64,000 nt of DNA from Eubacteriales bacterium (GCA_028705495.1 JAQWDK010000004.1:17868-81867); one strand, 5' to 3'. Positions 9,385 through 20,329 are shown, numbered from the stretch's first letter. Numbers and translations: made by a program. The notes: generated from the letters alone by a model not told the origin.

Positions 9385-10164
9385 ATGAAAGCAGTTCGTA
9401 TAGTTAAAAACACAAAAAAGCCCGACGCACTGCAATATGAAAAAGAAGTCCAGCGGCGTTTAGACGAGCTTGGTATAGCTTACGACGACGAATCAAAGGC
9501 TGAAGCTATCATTGTTCTCGGCGGTGACGGCACAATACTGCCACTTGCGGGCTCACCCCTTCCGCTGCTTGGTATTAATTTGGGCAATGTTGGCTACATG
9601 AGCGAACTCGAAAAAGACGAACTAAGCCTTCTCTCATGCCTTGTAGACGATAGTTATTATGTTGAAGACCGTATGATGCTTGATATTTTTATAGATGACG
9701 GCAACACTGAAACACTCTTCTGTTCAGCACTAAATGAAGTAGTGATGTCAAAAGGTGCGGTTTCTCATATGATAGATATCGAGTTTTCAGCTTGTGGCAG
9801 GGTTGTCTCCGTTTATAGCGCCGATGGGCTTATAGCGGCAACACCAACAGGTTCAAGCGCATACTCCATGGCATCCGGTGGCCCGATAGTGGATCCAAAG
9901 CTTGAGCTTATCTGTTTAACACCTGTAAGCTCACATTCGCTGCTGAATTCAAGGTCGCTTATATTTCCGCCTTTTGCAGAGCTTGCGATGAAATTCTTAC
10001 CTACAAGGGGGAAGAAAGCTTATCTTTCTGTAGACGGTAGGAAGTCGATTCCGATTGACAACAAAGTGACGGTGAAAATCAGAAAATCAGATAAAACAAC
10101 AAAGCTTATCAGACTCAACGGTCACTGTTTCTGCGATATACTTTATAGAAAACTTTCAAAATAA
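9385..10164 (+). CDS. nadK: NAD kinase
   Basis: 259 aa. IIVLGGDGTIL motif. The ATG directly follows the tlyA TAG. Confidence 0.9.
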   Translation: MKAVRIVKNTKKPDALQYEKEVQRRLDELGIAYDDESKAEAIIVLGGDGTILPLAGSPLPLLGINLGNVGYMSELEKDELSLLSCLVDDSYYVEDRMMLDIFIDDGNTETLFCSALNEVVMSKGAVSHMIDIEFSACGRVVSVYSADGLIAATPTGSSAYSMASGGPIVDPKLELICLTPVSSHSLLNSRSLIFPPFAELAMKFLPTRGKKAYLSVDGRKSIPIDNKVTVKIRKSDKTTKLIRLNGHCFCDILYRKLSK

Positions 10165-10183
10165 CAAAAGGACGGTCGTACGG

Positions 10184-10633
10184 ATGAAAACGCACCGACA
10201 GGAACTGATTTTAAAGCTAATTAAAGAAAACCGCATAGAAACGCAGGAGGATTTAGCGCTTCGTATCAAAAATGCTGGGATCAAAACAACACAAGCGACT
10301 ATTTCAAGGGATTTAAGAGAGCTGGAGATTGAAAAAGTTCTTGACAAAAACGGTGGAACTCGTTATGCGGTAGTGACAAAACCAGGAGTTGGTACAACTG
10401 CAAAATACGAAAAACTACTTGCTGACACAGTCAGAAGTATTGACTATGCCGTGAATCTTGTAGTCCTTAAATGCTATGTAGGAATGGGAAATGCCGCAGG
10501 TGCTGCGGTTGATGCGATGGACTGGGAAGATATTGTCGGAACAATTGCCGGTGACGATACACTACTTATAATTACTAAATCAGAAGCTAAAGCGATTGAA
10601 GTTTGTAAAAGGCTTCAAGAACTATCAAGATAG
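10184..10633 (+). CDS. argR: Arginine repressor
   Basis: 149 aa. Winged-helix N-terminus HRQELILKLIKENRIETQEDL ... TQATISRDL. C-terminal oligomerisation domain GTIAGDDTLLII. Confidence 0.9.
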   Translation: MKTHRQELILKLIKENRIETQEDLALRIKNAGIKTTQATISRDLRELEIEKVLDKNGGTRYAVVTKPGVGTTAKYEKLLADTVRSIDYAVNLVVLKCYVGMGNAAGAAVDAMDWEDIVGTIAGDDTLLIITKSEAKAIEVCKRLQELSR

Positions 10634-10661
10634 AAATCTAAAACGTCGGAGGGAATACGCG

Positions 10662-12356
10662 ATGCTTGTTTCGCTTCATGTTGAGAATATTGCACTTATA
10701 AAAAAGCTGTCGCTCGAACCGAACGGCGGTTTTTGCGTATTCACGGGAGAAACCGGTGCAGGTAAAAGCATCATCATCGACGCTGTCAATATGCTCTGCG
10801 GAGCGAGAAGTGATAGGGATTTGATCAGAACAGGAGAGGACTTCGCTCTTGTTGAGGGTGCTTTTGGCGAACTGTCCAAAACTGAACTTGATGCGCTTGC
10901 GGAGCTTGATATAGAACCCGACGAAGATGGGCTTGTATTCCTATCAAGAAGACTTAGTGCAGATGGAAAAGCAAGCGCGAAAATTGGAGGCAGACCCGTC
11001 CCAGTATCAAAGCTCAGAGAAACAGCAGAAAAGCTTATCAGAATCCATGGGCAACAGGACACAAGGATGTTGTCGGATTCATCAACCTTTATTACAATGC
11101 TCGATAAATACGCTAACAATAGTGTAGCATTATCGGAATACAAAACAGCATACAAAAAGATGACCGAGACGGAGAGAGAGCTTAAAACTCTTGTAAAGGA
11201 CGACTCAGAGAAACGCAAAAGAGCGGATTATCTTGACTACGCTATCAATGAGATAGAGGGAACAAAACTCAAAACTGGAGAAGAAGAAAAGCTAAGTGAA
11301 GTAAAACTACGGTTGTTGAACGCTGAAAAAATAGCTTCTGGTTGCTCGGCTGTATACGATGTGCTATATGGCTCTGAGCGAATAACTGCGGCTCAGCTTG
11401 TAGATGGAGCTAAAAGGGAGCTATCGACACTTGTCAATATCCTGCCTGAACTTGAACCGCTAATTAATAGACTTGAGAGCGTAAGAATTGAAATTGAGGA
11501 TGTTGCATCGAATTTACCGGGATTTATCGATGATGACACATCAGAAATAAACAAAAAGCTTGATAGATTAGAGGACAGACTGTCAGTCATACAGGAACTT
11601 AAACGCAAATATGGCGGAAGCGTTGAAGCAGTACTTCAATCTCTAGTAGATATGAAGGAAGAGCTTCAAAAAATCGAAAACTACGATGAATACATAAAAA
11701 ACCTTAGCAAAAAACTCGAATTAGCAAGTTTAGAAGCTACAAAAAAAGCATCGGAACTGACAGCAACAAGGCAGAAAGCCGCAGAAGAGCTTGCAGAGCG
11801 TATGCGTGAGGAGCTTGTGTTTCTCGACATGGCGAAGCTGAAATTTGTGGTTGACATAACCCCGAAACAACTCAGCGCAGACGGTGCTGACATCGTCGGT
11901 TTCTTAATAAGCGTAAATATTGGGGAACCGCCAAAGCCAATCGACAAAATCGCTTCCGGCGGTGAGCTTTCAAGAATTATGCTTGCGCTACTAAGCGTAC
12001 TTTCCCGTGCGGATGGCGCAGGTACGCTGATTTTCGACGAAATAGACACAGGAATCTCTGGTGCCACCAGCCGAAAGATCGGTCTTAAACTGCTTGGACT
12101 GACAGAATCAGCTGAACCGGTGCAGGTACTTTGTGTCACCCATTCAGCGCAGATTGCAGCGCTTGCAAATATGCATCTGAAGATAACGAAGGAAGAAAAG
12201 GAAGGCAGAACATTTACTTATGCAAATGTTCTTGACAGGCAGGGAAGAATTGACGAGTTGTCAAGGATAATCGGTGGTTTGGATAATTCCGGTGTAATCT
12301 CTGCAGCTGCTAAAGAGCTGCTTGAGAGAAAGGATTATGATGCTATCAAAAGATAA
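10662..12356 (+). CDS. recN: DNA repair protein RecN
   Basis: The tracked ORF starts at 10596 inside argR. MLVSLHVENIALIKK at 10662 is the typical RecN start. Walker A FTGETGAGKSIIIDA, long coiled coil, C-terminal LIFDEIDTGISG. Confidence 0.9.
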   Translation: MLVSLHVENIALIKKLSLEPNGGFCVFTGETGAGKSIIIDAVNMLCGARSDRDLIRTGEDFALVEGAFGELSKTELDALAELDIEPDEDGLVFLSRRLSADGKASAKIGGRPVPVSKLRETAEKLIRIHGQQDTRMLSDSSTFITMLDKYANNSVALSEYKTAYKKMTETERELKTLVKDDSEKRKRADYLDYAINEIEGTKLKTGEEEKLSEVKLRLLNAEKIASGCSAVYDVLYGSERITAAQLVDGAKRELSTLVNILPELEPLINRLESVRIEIEDVASNLPGFIDDDTSEINKKLDRLEDRLSVIQELKRKYGGSVEAVLQSLVDMKEELQKIENYDEYIKNLSKKLELASLEATKKASELTATRQKAAEELAERMREELVFLDMAKLKFVVDITPKQLSADGADIVGFLISVNIGEPPKPIDKIASGGELSRIMLALLSVLSRADGAGTLIFDEIDTGISGATSRKIGLKLLGLTESAEPVQVLCVTHSAQIAALANMHLKITKEEKEGRTFTYANVLDRQGRIDELSRIIGGLDNSGVISAAAKELLERKDYDAIKR

Positions 12357-12876
12357 ATCGCGACAGATATTATTTATCTTGCTTTTGATACTGACACTTT
12401 TCTGGACTGCGTTTATTTTTTCAAACTCCTTAAAAGACGGCGAGCAATCAAAAGCTGCAAGCGGTAAAGTTGTTGAAGTTGTTGAAAAAGCAGCAGATGT
12501 GATTGGTATTGAGATAAAGGAAACAGGTGACGGATTAACTCTTGAAGGTGTATCGCTCTTTGTAAGAAAGTCGGCGCATATATTAGAATTCGCTGTTTTG
12601 GGGTTTTTATCTTTTCTCACAGTATCCTTCTTTGTAAACGGTACGAAGTCTCTTCTATCGCTCCTCTATCCCCTTGTTACAGCAATAACAGACGAGCTGC
12701 TGCAGCTTACAAGCCCAGGTAGGAGCTGCCAACTCACAGATGTGCTTATCGATATGGCGGGAGCTACTGTGGCTGCTTTAATCGCATACCTTGTCGTCAG
12801 AATACACAAAAGCAGAACCGCAAAATCATGCAATACGGTCAAAAGCGAGAAAGTTAAGATATTTGCTCAAAAATAA
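12322..12876 (+). CDS. VanZ-like family membrane protein
   Basis: 184 aa, 4 TM. VRKSAHILEFAVLGFL resembles the VanZ-like signature. The start may be 12337. Confidence 0.6.
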   Translation: MRERIMMLSKDKSRQILFILLLILTLFWTAFIFSNSLKDGEQSKAASGKVVEVVEKAADVIGIEIKETGDGLTLEGVSLFVRKSAHILEFAVLGFLSFLTVSFFVNGTKSLLSLLYPLVTAITDELLQLTSPGRSCQLTDVLIDMAGATVAALIAYLVVRIHKSRTAKSCNTVKSEKVKIFAQK

Positions 12877-12933
12877 AGTATTTTGAGCATTTTGATAGTA
12901 TAACTAATAAAATAGATTTTTACGGAGGTTCAC

Positions 12934-13848
12934 ATGCCGATTCTTGAAGTGAAGAATATCACAAAGCACTTTGGAGCGAAAACTGTTGTCAGAAATGTTA
13001 GCTTTGAAGTCAACCCAGGCGAGATCGTCGGCTTCCTCGGTCCGAATGGAGCGGGTAAGACGACAGCAATTAAGATGATTCTCGGACTGCTGTCGATCGA
13101 TAGCGGAGAAATCATAGTTAACGGCTTCAATGTCAGCGAGAAGAGAGAACAAGCCCTTCAACGCGTCGGCGGAATAATCGAAAGCCCGGAACTATACGGG
13201 TATCTGACCGGTAAAACTAACCTTAGACTTTTTGCTTCGATGTATGACGGCATAAAGGATGAACATATTGATACAGCCGTTAGAACTGTAAGACTTGAAA
13301 ACAGAATCAACGATAAGGTTAAGAAGTATTCACTCGGTATGAGGCAGAGACTTGGTGTTGCTCAGGCGATATTACACGACCCAAATCTTCTAATTCTCGA
13401 CGAACCGACAAACGGACTTGACCCGAATGGAATAAAAGAACTCAGAGACAACCTTCGCAACCATGCAAAAAAGGGAGCGGGTGTACTTGTATCATCCCAT
13501 CAGCTTGCTGAAATGGAGCTAATGTGCGACAGGGTTGCAATCATTGAAAACGGCGTCATAACGACGACGATGAATATATCTGACATAAACAAACAAAACG
13601 ATGATGTAGTTTTAAGTTACCTTTTTGAGACCGACAACAACGAGAAAGCTGTGGAACTTTTGGCAAGAAATCAGGTCGAATCCAGCGTAGAAAAAGACCT
13701 GTTAAAGCTGAGTTGCAGTAAGGTTGACGCTTCAAAGGCTTTGAAACATCTAATTGACGGCGGTGTTAACATCTACTCAATGCAGTACGAACACAAGTCG
13801 CTTGAAGAGGCGTTCCTTGAGCTCACCGATAGATCATCTATAAAATAA
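12934..13848 (+). CDS. ABC transporter ATP-binding protein (ABC-2 subfamily)
   Basis: Walker A GPNGAGKTT, signature YSLGMRQRLGVA, Walker B LLILDEPTNGLD. Confidence 0.9.
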   Translation: MPILEVKNITKHFGAKTVVRNVSFEVNPGEIVGFLGPNGAGKTTAIKMILGLLSIDSGEIIVNGFNVSEKREQALQRVGGIIESPELYGYLTGKTNLRLFASMYDGIKDEHIDTAVRTVRLENRINDKVKKYSLGMRQRLGVAQAILHDPNLLILDEPTNGLDPNGIKELRDNLRNHAKKGAGVLVSSHQLAEMELMCDRVAIIENGVITTTMNISDINKQNDDVVLSYLFETDNNEKAVELLARNQVESSVEKDLLKLSCSKVDASKALKHLIDGGVNIYSMQYEHKSLEEAFLELTDRSSIK

Positions 13849-13881
13849 AAGCGCAAGCAGTCGGATTGAAAGGATTGACTT

Positions 13882-15573
13882 ATGAACAAGTTAGGAAGAC
13901 TTATCCGCAACGAGATAATAAAAAAGATAAAGCAGCCCAGCACAATTATCCTTGCTTTGGTTTTTATTGTTTTCTGTACTTTATTACCGTTTTTTGCGAA
14001 AGCAAACGAATACATTTACGATTATGACTATGACATAATTGAAAAGGATATTGAAAGTTATCAATGGAGGTACGATTGGGAAGCTCAAAAAGGAAGTAAC
14101 GGTGAAATAGAATTACCGGATTACGTTGTTAATCAGTACGATGATGCAATAAACTTTCTAAAAAAGTTTACCGGTAAGGGCATAACTTATGAAGACTGGA
14201 GATATAGCCTTATACAGGAAACCACAAGAAAAATACAGTCAAATTACGTTATTGGACTGATCCTTGATGATAAATTAGACACGTATGACAAAGAATCATT
14301 ACAATATCTCGAAGATCCCACCGGATACGCGTGGCAGTTAGAGTATCCTGATAAAGAAATTCTTCAATCTGAATGTGATGAGAATAAATCCTTTATCGAT
14401 AAGATGACGAAGATAATTGAAGAAAACGACTATAAATATTATGTATCAAATTTGATTGAAACTATAAAATCATCTATCGATGTCAGTGAAAAACAACTTG
14501 AAACACTAAAGGAAAAACAGAGTAAAACCCCAAGCAAAGAAACTGAAAAAGAAATAAAAAACCTTGAAACACAAATCGGGCAAATGAGAGAAGCACTTAA
14601 AATCCCCGAATATAGGTTGGAGAAAGATATTCCGCTCGATAACAGTTGGAAAGATAAAACTTTAAATGCACTGGAATACAACTTACAGCAGATAACTGGA
14701 TTAGAACTAGAGTTAGAATCGCTTAAAGAACCCGGCAGACGCAATGATTTTGACTATCTTGGCTTAACAATTGAAGACCAAATTAAGATTGTTGAAAAGC
14801 AAATAGCTAAAACCCAAAACATGACTATGATTTACTGGGAGAGCCTTGAAAAAGATACTCCCGAAATTGGTGTCGCCGCTTCTTCTCGTAATAACAGCCT
14901 AAACTACATGTCGATGACAATTTTCTCAGCAATCATATCCCTCTTTATCGCAGCGAGTATGGTTTCGAATGAATTTTCGACAAAGACGATTAATATGCTC
15001 GTTATAAGACCTGTGAAGAGGTGGAAGATACTTACCGCAAAATACATCACCGTGCTTATTTTCGCTTATGGTATCTACTTTATAGGAATGCTCGGCTACA
15101 TGCTTTCGATTGGCTTAAACTACGGTTTCACAGATTTTGCAAACCCTTATATGTTCGTTTCCGGTGGTACTGTACACAGCATGAATTTCTTCATTCACAT
15201 GCTCTTGAAGGTTCTTATGCATTCCTCTAACATCGTTTTCCTTGTAACGCTTGCATTCATGATGTCGACGCTTACAAAGAACACAGCACTTTCTGCAATT
15301 ACAAGTATGGGTGCGTACTTTATCGGAAGCATTGTAACAAGCATCGTTATATTCGCTGCACCAAAAATGATCGGTGTTCTTAAACATACCTTCCTACCAT
15401 ATGTCGACCTAAACACTATAATACCGAGTAATACGGGCGGCATGATGGGTGGATATAACGATATAATGTCCTTTTTATATGATCCAATATACGGTATGAT
15501 ACATCTATTCGTGTTGTCAGCGGTTATGTTTGCTGTATCTCTGATTGTGTTCAATAAACGAGATGTAAAATAA
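13882..15573 (+). CDS. ABC-2 type permease with a large (~330 aa) extracytoplasmic coiled-coil insert after TM1
   Basis: 563 aa. One N-terminal TM, a long charged/coiled region (EKQLETLKEKQSKTPSKETEKEIKNLETQIGQM), then ~5 TM helices. Follows the ATPase gene. Confidence 0.6.
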   Translation: MNKLGRLIRNEIIKKIKQPSTIILALVFIVFCTLLPFFAKANEYIYDYDYDIIEKDIESYQWRYDWEAQKGSNGEIELPDYVVNQYDDAINFLKKFTGKGITYEDWRYSLIQETTRKIQSNYVIGLILDDKLDTYDKESLQYLEDPTGYAWQLEYPDKEILQSECDENKSFIDKMTKIIEENDYKYYVSNLIETIKSSIDVSEKQLETLKEKQSKTPSKETEKEIKNLETQIGQMREALKIPEYRLEKDIPLDNSWKDKTLNALEYNLQQITGLELELESLKEPGRRNDFDYLGLTIEDQIKIVEKQIAKTQNMTMIYWESLEKDTPEIGVAASSRNNSLNYMSMTIFSAIISLFIAASMVSNEFSTKTINMLVIRPVKRWKILTAKYITVLIFAYGIYFIGMLGYMLSIGLNYGFTDFANPYMFVSGGTVHSMNFFIHMLLKVLMHSSNIVFLVTLAFMMSTLTKNTALSAITSMGAYFIGSIVTSIVIFAAPKMIGVLKHTFLPYVDLNTIIPSNTGGMMGGYNDIMSFLYDPIYGMIHLFVLSAVMFAVSLIVFNKRDVK

Positions 15574-15602
15574 ATATCTTTACGGGAAGGAGGGAGTCTG
15601 GT

Positions 15603-16604
15603 ATGTCAAACCGCAATGACGATTTTGAGGTTTCGTTTCTCAACCCATTTGCCACCAAAAGCTCTGAAACAAAGGGCAGACTCCGTCCAACCGATGAATA
15701 CGAAATACGCACACCTTTTCAGCGTGACTGTGACAGAATAATTCACAGTAAATCGTTCAGAAGACTGATGCACAAAACTCAGGTTTTTATCGCACCTGAG
15801 GGCGACCATTTCAGAACAAGACTAACACACACCCTTGAGGTGTCTCGTATTGCAAGAACAATGGCGAGGGGACTACGACTCAACGAGGACCTAGCCGAAG
15901 CGATTTCGCTCGCGCATGACCTCGGGCACACACCCTTCGGGCATTCGGGTGAGAGGGCGCTTGCGAGTCTTAACCCCAACGGCTTTTCCCACAGCGCACA
16001 GAGCCTTAGGGTGGTGGACAAGCTCGAAAACTCCGGACAAGGTCTTAACCTTACTTTCGAGGTAAGAGACGGTATAGCAAAACACACAGGTGTTTCGGTA
16101 GCGAACACACTTGAAGGCAGACTTGTAAAGCTTGCTGATAGAATCGCTTATATAAATCACGATATCGATGATGCTGTCAGAGCTGGCATTATTGAGAAAA
16201 GCGATATACCGATGGAGCTGTCAAAAGCACTTGGCCAAAACCACGGAGAGAGAATTAACACCATGGTTTTAGCAGTGATTAATAACGGAGTAGAATCCGG
16301 TGTCGGCTTTACTGAGCCAATTGGAACATTAACAGAAAATTTGCGTGATTTTATGTTCGAAAAAGTGTACAGAAACGAAAAAGCGCTCTCTGAAGAAGAC
16401 AGAATTACCAGAATGCTTACGATTATGTACAGCTATTTTAAGGAAAAACCCGATTTGCTGCCTTCTGAATGTATTTCCTGCATCGAATCGGATGGAATAG
16501 ATACCGCGGTCTGCGATTATATCGCCGGTATGACCGACCGTTATGCGATTGCGGTGTTTGATGGCATATTTGTGCCAAGATCATGGGCGGTCGGAACACA
16601 GTGA
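15603..16604 (+). CDS. dgt: dGTP triphosphohydrolase-like HD-domain protein
   Basis: 333 aa. FQRDCDRIIHSKSFRRL and HDLGHTPFGH motifs. Position before dnaG-rpoD. Confidence 0.85.
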   Translation: MSNRNDDFEVSFLNPFATKSSETKGRLRPTDEYEIRTPFQRDCDRIIHSKSFRRLMHKTQVFIAPEGDHFRTRLTHTLEVSRIARTMARGLRLNEDLAEAISLAHDLGHTPFGHSGERALASLNPNGFSHSAQSLRVVDKLENSGQGLNLTFEVRDGIAKHTGVSVANTLEGRLVKLADRIAYINHDIDDAVRAGIIEKSDIPMELSKALGQNHGERINTMVLAVINNGVESGVGFTEPIGTLTENLRDFMFEKVYRNEKALSEEDRITRMLTIMYSYFKEKPDLLPSECISCIESDGIDTAVCDYIAGMTDRYAIAVFDGIFVPRSWAVGTQ

Positions 16605-16616
16605 GGAGGACGGAGG

Positions 16617-18383
16617 ATGGCATTTTCAGCCGCATTTTTGGATGAGCTTAAATTTCGCAACGAGCTCCCCGACGTTATCTCCCAATATGTAAATCTTAGA
16701 CGAACAGGCTCGAATATGGTCGGACTTTGCCCGTTCCATAGCGAGAAAACTCCCTCATTCGTTGTTTTTCCCACAACCTCAACCTTCAAATGCTTCGGCT
16801 GCGGAGCTGGTGGTGATGTCGTCGGATTTGTGATGCAAATAGAAAACCTCGACTATCCGGCAGCGATTGAGTTCCTTGCAAGACGCTGCGGTATACCGCT
16901 TGAGGAAGATGGATTTTCTAAAGAAAGCAAAGTCAGCAGAAAACGCGTTCTTGAACTGAACCGTGAAGCAGCTAAGTTCTTTCACAACTACTTGATGTCC
17001 CCCGGTGGGGAAACGGCATTACAATACCTGAAAAACAGGCAGATCAAGGACACAACAATAAAGCATTTCGGCCTTGGCGCATCACCTGCCGGATGGAGCG
17101 CACTCACAGAGCACCTAACATCATTAGGATACAAAAGCGAAGAGCTGACGGCCGCTTTTCTCGCAGGTTCGAAATCAGGCAGAACCTATGACTATTTTCG
17201 TAACCGAGTCATCTTCCCAATTATCGACCTTAACGGAAATGTTGTCGCTTTTGGCGGGAGAGCAATGGGTGACGAGAAGCCAAAGTACATAAACACCTCC
17301 GACACCCCTGCATTCAAAAAGAGCAAGAATTTATTCGCTTTGAATTTTGCGAAAAATTATGCTTCCGAATCGCTTATTATGTGCGAAGGTTATATGGATG
17401 TCATAGCCCTACACCAGGCAGGATTTACAAATGCGGTGGCGACACTCGGCACAGCTGTGACCTCGGAACATGCGAGAATAATCGCAAGATTTACGAAGAA
17501 TGTGCTCCTTGCTTACGACTCTGACAGCGCGGGTAAAAGAGCGACAGACAAAGCGATAGAAGCTCTTACTGAGCTTGGTATAAATGTAAGGGTTATCGAA
17601 CTTGGAGATGCAAAAGACCCAGATGATTTTATAAAAAAACAAGGAGCAGGAGCATTTGGACTAAAGCTCAAAGGTTCTTCGGGTAGGATAGATTACGCAA
17701 TAGGTGAAATATTAAAAAAATATAACCTTTCTTTACCTGACGACCTACAAAGTGCTACGGACGAGCTTATAAATTATATCGCAGCTTTAGGAGACAAGCC
17801 GTCTCGGGAGATATATTCCCAAAGAGCTGCAGAGCTTCTTGGGCTGTCTGCTGATGGAATTGCAAAAGTAGCCGAACAAAAAGCAAAAAAATTCGTAAGA
17901 AGGGCAAAAAAAGAATTTGATGATTCAGAAATCAGAAAAAAGGCAGGATATGGCGATAAAGTAAACCCAGGAAGGTTGAAATTTGCTGATATTTCAACGA
18001 TAGAAGAACGAATACTGGGAATACTTCTAATACGGGTAGATCTCGGTATTGAAGCGTTAAAACAACTTGGTGAGGACGATTTTTTCACTGAATTTTCAAA
18101 AAAACTATTTCGATTTATGAAACCCTTTCTCGAGGAAGGCAAAGAGGTAAACATATCCGCAAATGGTTTTTTCACACCAGAAGAGCAGGGAGTAATAGCA
18201 GGTTATATGGCTTCGAGACTTAAACTTGAAAAAAATGATTTTGAAGTTCTTGAAGCTGATATAAAACTCCTCAAGGAAAAGAAAACTGATCTTGAGCTTG
18301 AAGAAAAGGTGAATGAGGATTACGAAAATCTTGGTGAATACCTCGAACATTTAAAGCGAAAGCATAAAGATAAAAAGCAGTGA
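16617..18383 (+). CDS. dnaG: DNA primase
   Basis: 588 aa. Zinc ribbon CPFHSEKTPSF...CFGCGAGGD. TOPRIM MCEGYMDVI ... AYDSDSAG. Confidence 0.95.
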   Translation: MAFSAAFLDELKFRNELPDVISQYVNLRRTGSNMVGLCPFHSEKTPSFVVFPTTSTFKCFGCGAGGDVVGFVMQIENLDYPAAIEFLARRCGIPLEEDGFSKESKVSRKRVLELNREAAKFFHNYLMSPGGETALQYLKNRQIKDTTIKHFGLGASPAGWSALTEHLTSLGYKSEELTAAFLAGSKSGRTYDYFRNRVIFPIIDLNGNVVAFGGRAMGDEKPKYINTSDTPAFKKSKNLFALNFAKNYASESLIMCEGYMDVIALHQAGFTNAVATLGTAVTSEHARIIARFTKNVLLAYDSDSAGKRATDKAIEALTELGINVRVIELGDAKDPDDFIKKQGAGAFGLKLKGSSGRIDYAIGEILKKYNLSLPDDLQSATDELINYIAALGDKPSREIYSQRAAELLGLSADGIAKVAEQKAKKFVRRAKKEFDDSEIRKKAGYGDKVNPGRLKFADISTIEERILGILLIRVDLGIEALKQLGEDDFFTEFSKKLFRFMKPFLEEGKEVNISANGFFTPEEQGVIAGYMASRLKLEKNDFEVLEADIKLLKEKKTDLELEEKVNEDYENLGEYLEHLKRKHKDKKQ

Positions 18384-18475
18384 TGCTTTCAACATACAAA
18401 TTTTTAAACAATATCTATACCAAATGGCAAAAGAGGTTATAATGACCTCAGCTCAGAAAGGCTGGACTGACATAG

Positions 18476-19573
18476 ATGAAAAGTAACACAGTAGTTGATG
18501 AACTTATAGAACGAGGCAAACAGCGGGGGTCTCTTAACAACACAGAGGTGTTGGAAGCCTGCGATGGCTTCGACTGCGAGCTTGAGAAATTCGAACTTGT
18601 GAACGATGTACTCGATGATAGCGGGGTTGATATCAACACAGATTCCGATAACGAGCTCTTATTGATGCTCGATGAAGTTGACGACGACCTTGTAATCGAC
18701 GACAGCCCTGAGGAAGTTGACACCCTTCTCTCGCAAGAAGGACTCCCGATGGACGACCCGGTTCGTATGTACCTGAAGGAAATCGGAAAAGTATCCCTTT
18801 TGTCAGCTGACAAAGAGCTTGAATTAGCATATAAGATGGCGAATGGTGACGAAAGCGCGAAAAATCTACTTGTAGAGTCGAACTTACGACTTGTGGTTAG
18901 TATCGCAAAGAGATATGTAAACAGAGGTATGTTCTTCCTCGACCTCATTCAGGAAGGCAACCTCGGCCTTATGAAAGCTGTCGAAAAGTTTGACTACAGC
19001 AAGGGATACAAGTTCTCTACCTATGCTACATGGTGGATAAGACAAGCGATAACAAGAGCAATTGCGGACCAGGCAAGGACGATAAGAATACCGGTTCACA
19101 TGGTAGAAACGATAAACAAGGTGCTTCGTACCTCTCGTCAGCTTCTCCAAGAATACGGCAGAGACGCGACTGCTGAAGAAATATCAGAAGTTATGGGTAT
19201 GCCGATTGATAAAGTGCGTGATATAATGAAAATTGCCCAAGAGCCTGTCTCACTTGAAATGCCGATAGGCGAGGAGGAGGACAGCCACCTCGGCGACTTT
19301 ATCGCTGATGACCACACACCGTCACCATCCGACAAAGCGGCGTCTACAATGCTCCACGAACAACTGCTTGAGGTACTGCATACGCTTACTCCAAGAGAGG
19401 AAAGCGTTTTAAAGCTGCGTTTCGGTTTAGAGGATGGCAGGCAGCGCACACTTGAAGAGGTCGGAAAGATTTTCGACATAACTCGTGAGCGTATCCGCCA
19501 GATTGAAGCAAAAGCCCTTCGTAAACTCAGGCATCCGAGCCGTTCTAAGAGACTCAAGGACTATTTAGAATAA
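18476..19573 (+). CDS. rpoD: Primary RNA polymerase sigma factor (SigA/RpoD)
   Basis: 365 aa. Acidic region 1. Region 2 [19 protein letters not shown]. Region 4 [20 protein letters not shown]. Confidence 0.95.
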   Translation: MKSNTVVDELIERGKQRGSLNNTEVLEACDGFDCELEKFELVNDVLDDSGVDINTDSDNELLLMLDEVDDDLVIDDSPEEVDTLLSQEGLPMDDPVRMYLKEIGKVSLLSADKELELAYKMANGDESAKNLLVESNLRLVVSIAKRYVNRGMFFLDLIQEGNLGLMKAVEKFDYSKGYKFSTYATWWIRQAITRAIADQARTIRIPVHMVETINKVLRTSRQLLQEYGRDATAEEISEVMGMPIDKVRDIMKIAQEPVSLEMPIGEEEDSHLGDFIADDHTPSPSDKAASTMLHEQLLEVLHTLTPREESVLKLRFGLEDGRQRTLEEVGKIFDITRERIRQIEAKALRKLRHPSRSKRLKDYLE

Positions 19574-19630
19574 ACTATGTGCGAAAAAGGATATCTCGAT
19601 TTAATCAGCAGCGAAAGGAATAATCATAAT

Positions 19631-20299
19631 ATGAAAATTGGTGTTATCTGTCCGATGGAAGTCGAGATGGAAAAACTCGCATCTGTTTTTGGTGCGAAAG
19701 AGTACAAAAAAGGAATCTTTAAAGCATCGCTCACAGGCGGAAGTGAGCTATACATAGCGCTCAGCGGAATAGGTAAGGTTAATGCAGCTGCATCAACGCA
19801 AAGACTTATAGACTTAACAGAATCGGAGGTTATCATCAACTCCGGCGTTGCTGGTGGTCTGAATCCGAACCTGAGTATCGGTGAAATTGTCGTATCAGCA
19901 GACAGTGTTTATCATGATTTTAACCCTCTATCGCTGCTTGACGAATACAGCCCGTTCGGTAAGATTTTTAAAGCTGACAAAGAGCTTATTTCTATCGCCG
20001 AAAAAGCTTGTGAAGAAAACGGTATAAAGTACACAGTTGGCACGATTGCCACAGGAGACAGATTTGTCGCTGACGACGATGATAAAAGCCGCATTACAAC
20101 AGATTTCGGCGCTGATTGCGTAGAGATGGAAGGCGCAGCGGTTGCACATGTTTGTGTGCTCAATAGCGTTAGATTTATTATTATTCGCTCTATTTCCGAT
20201 TTTGCTGATGATACAGCTGAAACGCATAATGAGCACGAAAAACCTGCGGCGGATAATGCAGCTGCAATAACCGAGTTCATTATAAAAAGTCTGGTATAA
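19631..20299 (+). CDS. mtnN: 5'-methylthioadenosine/S-adenosylhomocysteine nucleosidase
   Basis: The tracked ORF starts at 19577. ATG 19631 follows the RBS gaaagga and gives MKIGVICPMEVE. VEMEGAAVAH motif. Confidence 0.85.
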   Translation: MKIGVICPMEVEMEKLASVFGAKEYKKGIFKASLTGGSELYIALSGIGKVNAAASTQRLIDLTESEVIINSGVAGGLNPNLSIGEIVVSADSVYHDFNPLSLLDEYSPFGKIFKADKELISIAEKACEENGIKYTVGTIATGDRFVADDDDKSRITTDFGADCVEMEGAAVAHVCVLNSVRFIIIRSISDFADDTAETHNEHEKPAADNAAAITEFIIKSLV

Positions 20300-20329
20300 T
20301 CATTTCTCCGAAAGGTATATATTTTTGGT

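Noticed and set aside
10676-11218. 180-aa antisense ORF inside recN, with similar long shadow ORFs antisense to glxK (30787-31398), gyrB (44269-44781), the yeiH-like gene (49453-49941), rpoD (18448-18948), rlmH (38126-38479) and recN (11681-12139)
   Set aside because: All lie fully within strongly supported genes on the other strand and are Ser/Leu/Pro-rich low-complexity translations with no RBS. These are typical frame shadows.
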